Assembly (NCBI RefSeq): GCF_001194135.2
Contig: NC_068984.1
Span: forward strand, 18,567,136-18,631,135
DNA length: 64,000 nucleotides
Direction of reading: 5' to 3'
Source: Octopus bimaculoides
Lineage: Eukaryota
Shown here: in pieces, positions 61,386 through 64,000 of the stretch
Numbering within the stretch: the first letter of the stretch is position 1
Layout of the letters: each line of letters begins with the position of its first letter
The notes under the pieces: generated by a model
Database searches by the model: none
Seen by the model: the letters and a program-made list of their open reading frames with translations, nothing else
Told to the model about the DNA's origin: nothing
Position numbers and translations under genes: made by a program

Positions 61386-61678
61386 AAACGGCTGAGCATT
61401 CCACAGGCACATGTACCCTTAACGTAGTTCTCAGGGAGATTCAGTGTGACAAGGCTGGCCCTTTTGAATTACAAGTACAATTCATTTTTGCCAGCTGAGT
61501 GAACTGGAACGACATGAAATAAAGTGTCTTGCTCAAGGACACAAGGTGCCATCAGATACAAAAATAGCAAATTCCAAGAGAAAGATATTTAGAGGGTTTA
61601 AAAAGAAACCCAATACATTTAGTAACACTCCTAATTTCAATAAGGAAATTTAAGACATGAAACAATGATTCAGTTTAA

Positions 61679-61883
61679 CTCTTTTTAAATCCAACCACCT
61701 GAAACCAGCCTTGATTCTACAATACAACCTTCTAGAGATTTAAATGAAAACCTTCCATCAAAATTTCTTACAAACATGTTCCAAACAGCAGCTTAATAAA
61801 GACAAAGTTATTTCATTAACTTCATTATTTTCAAAATTAATTGAAACAAAGTATATTTTAAAAGAAATATAGAAACAGAAGGG
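61679..61883. mobile_element. TTAA-type MITE, family 2, opposite orientation
   Basis: Reverse complement of the shared body; TTAA at 61675-61678. Confidence 0.65.
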
Positions 61884-61934
61884 TAAAAGAAATACTGAGA
61901 GGTAACATGGTTAAAATATGTTAAAGTCAGTTAC

Positions 61935-62000
61935 TTAATGATTGTGGAAAGCTGATAGTGTTCAGAATGTAAACAGTGGTAAGATGATAACAATGATCGC
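61935..62000 (-). CDS. Candidate internal exon (66 nt, phase 2-2): RSLLSSYHCLHSEHYQLSTII
   Basis: Acceptor tctacttctgtttggccag, donor AA|gtaact, in frame with the exon at 62110-62175 across a 109-nt intron. Confidence 0.5.
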
Positions 62001-62109
62001 CTGGCCAAACAGAAGTAGATGTATATCATTTCAAACAAACATATTCTGATGAATGGCTACTTGTAGTGCCGCACTTGTATTATAACCTATGAAGCTCTAC
62101 TCATCTTAC

Positions 62110-62175
62110 ATTTTGAAGCTACAAATGATTACAGGAAATATTGTTCTAAATCTGAGATGATTTATTTCGTCTGGC
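62110..62175 (-). CDS. Candidate internal exon (66 nt, phase 2-2): PDEINHLRFRTIFPVIICSFK
   Basis: Strong acceptor ctttgctattttcctcag and donor AAT|gtaaga; only one frame is open. Confidence 0.55.
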
Positions 62176-63064
62176 CTGAGGAAAATAGCAAAGATTCACT
62201 TTTGATAAATGACAACAAAACCCATGTTTGGAAATGTTGGTATTGTGATGCTTTAAAGCAAATTATTGAGGAAGAATCCCCTACTTCATGTATGAGGTCT
62301 ATATAAAAAGAAATTAAAGTCAAAAAGCATGCCAACCAGACATTTATGAGTGACATAATAATCTAATAATCAGTCTAATAATAGGCACATCACACTACAT
62401 CAGCCACTAATTTTAGACTAATAGCACACGTTTAGTGCACTTGGTATTTTATCAGAATTTGAACAATGAAGAATTTGGAAGACCATTTCAAATTTAGGAA
62501 GACTGACAGAGATTATTCTAATGTTGCAACAAGCCTAATGAGAGGATTAAATGCAATGACACAAGTGGTACCACATATTTTAAATAAGGAAGAACATCCA
62601 AAGGGAATCCCAAATTCAGACAACCTTCCATGACAGAGTCTAGCAGATTTGTATTTCCATCTACCAAATTTCACTTACAAGACTATTTCAAGCTATAGCA
62701 GAGGATACTTGCCCAAGTTGTTACACAACTGGCCCAAAGCCCAGACCACATAACTATAATGTAAGCTTCTTAACCTCAGTCACATCTGCACCTATATACA
62801 TAAAGAGATTAACACAAAATGGGCAACAATGGAAATTGTTTAGCCTCAAGTAAAATCAGATTGTGCAGAGCTGTAATTAAAGGTATCCCACCTGCGTAAG
62901 TAAAGTCCATCTCAAGTACTAAGACTCATAAGGTCATTTACACATGTTTCCATATGAAATGAAGTGTTTTTTCTCCAGAACATAATACACTGGCTGATCT
63001 AGGGAGTGCAATACACTACCCACTAGGCTACATGTCTTCACATTCCAGCTGTGGCCATCCTGTA

Positions 63065-63362
63065 TGTTCTAGAGACATCAGGGTAAACACCACATCCCCT
63101 GGTCAAGTCCGAGCAAGGTTGTTTATGGAAGACCAATAGTCTCCCCTTCTCCATGCTACCAATATTGTCCAAGGGAAAGGCAAAGGGGCCAATACAGCTT
63201 GGCACCAGTGACATCGCAACTCATTCTTACAGCTGAGTGAACTGGAGCAACATGATATAAAGTGCCTTGCTCAAAAGCACAACACACAGCTTAGCCCGGG
63301 AATCGAACTCACTACCTCATGATTGTGAGCCTGACACTCTAACCAATGAGGAATGTGCCTTC
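63065..63362 (-). mobile_element. SINE family E
   Basis: Paralog of 57010-57345. Confidence 0.75.
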
Positions 63363-63564
63363 ACTATTGGAAATGAATGACACCTAGAGGTATCATGGAC
63401 TATATTATCTAACGTAAATGCTCCCCCACTGGCTCTGTACTTCAAAAGTTGCTTTTAATGTATAAATAATTTAAGTGATATGTAAACAGACAATTTAATT
63501 CATCAAATATGGAACCAAGATATAAACACATTTGAAATCAAAATCAAATTCAAACAGTTGAAGG

Positions 63565-63870
63565 TGCCAGCTGTGTGATTAAGAAGTTCCCTTTCCAACC
63601 AAGTGGTCTCCAGTTTGGTCCCACTAAATGGCTCCATAGGTAGGTGTCTTCTACTATATACCTAAACCAACCAAAACCTTTTGAGTAGGTTTGCTAAACA
63701 GAAACTGAAAGAAGTTCACTGTGTGTATGCATGTGTGTGGGTGCCTCCTTGCCTAGACATCATGTTATAGTTGTAAACGAGTATCACCATCATACAAGCA
63801 GTGCTACTCACTTCCAATCTTCCGTGAAAACATGTTTGGTCATGAGGAAATACAGTAGTACCTTGGTTTT
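63565..63870 (+). mobile_element. Family A SINE, degraded
   Basis: gctgtgtgattaagaag..gtgtcttctactata..aaactgaaagaag. Confidence 0.6.
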
Positions 63871-63907
63871 CAAACACCTCTGATCACGAATAAATTGTGC
63901 TATATAT

Positions 63908-64000
63908 ATCATCATCATCATCATCATCGTTTAACGTCCGCTTTCCATGCTAGCATGGGTTGGACGATTTGACTGAGGACTGGTGAAACCGGATGGCAAC
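63908..64000 (-). mobile_element. SINE family C 3' end, truncated by the window edge
   Basis: (CAT)n cgtttaacgtccgctttccatgctagcatgggttggacgatttgac is the reverse complement of the ends at 15600 and 41577. Confidence 0.85.

Noticed and set aside
62480-62635. Plus-strand open frame RKTDRDYSNVATSLMRGLNAMTQVVPH..
   Set aside because: No start or splice context on the + strand, and it lies antisense within the minus-strand gene.

Overview
AT-rich, microsatellite- and SINE-dense animal genomic DNA with two assembly gaps (N at 38812-39046 and 52220-52559). The repeat families suggest an octopus or other coleoid cephalopod; this is inference. The + strand carries the 3' part of a kinesin-3 gene of the KIF13A/B / Khc-73 type. 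Its core exons are 11329-11382, 34022-34140, 36015-37383, 45493-45705 and 46603-46955, ending in a GKNDG-type CAP-Gly domain that is split by a GC-AG intron; the motor-domain exons lie upstream of the window. The intron region 11383-34021 holds several phase-1-compatible alternative exons that the ORF track misses: a 69-nt exon ending in TGA, an alternative terminal exon with a poly(A) signal, and a 48-nt cassette. Together they could switch the kinesin between tails with and without CAP-Gly, which is the most interesting candidate system here. A second, unidentified gene converges from the - strand (terminal exon 55197-55346, with small candidate exons up to about 62.3 kb). The rest is SINEs, LINE remnants (RTE, CR1/L2-like, R4/Dong-like), TTAA piggyBac-type MITEs, a mariner remnant, fold-back elements and microsatellites. 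Most short ORFs in the track are repeat artefacts. All exon calls come from manual splice-site and phase reading and have no transcript support.
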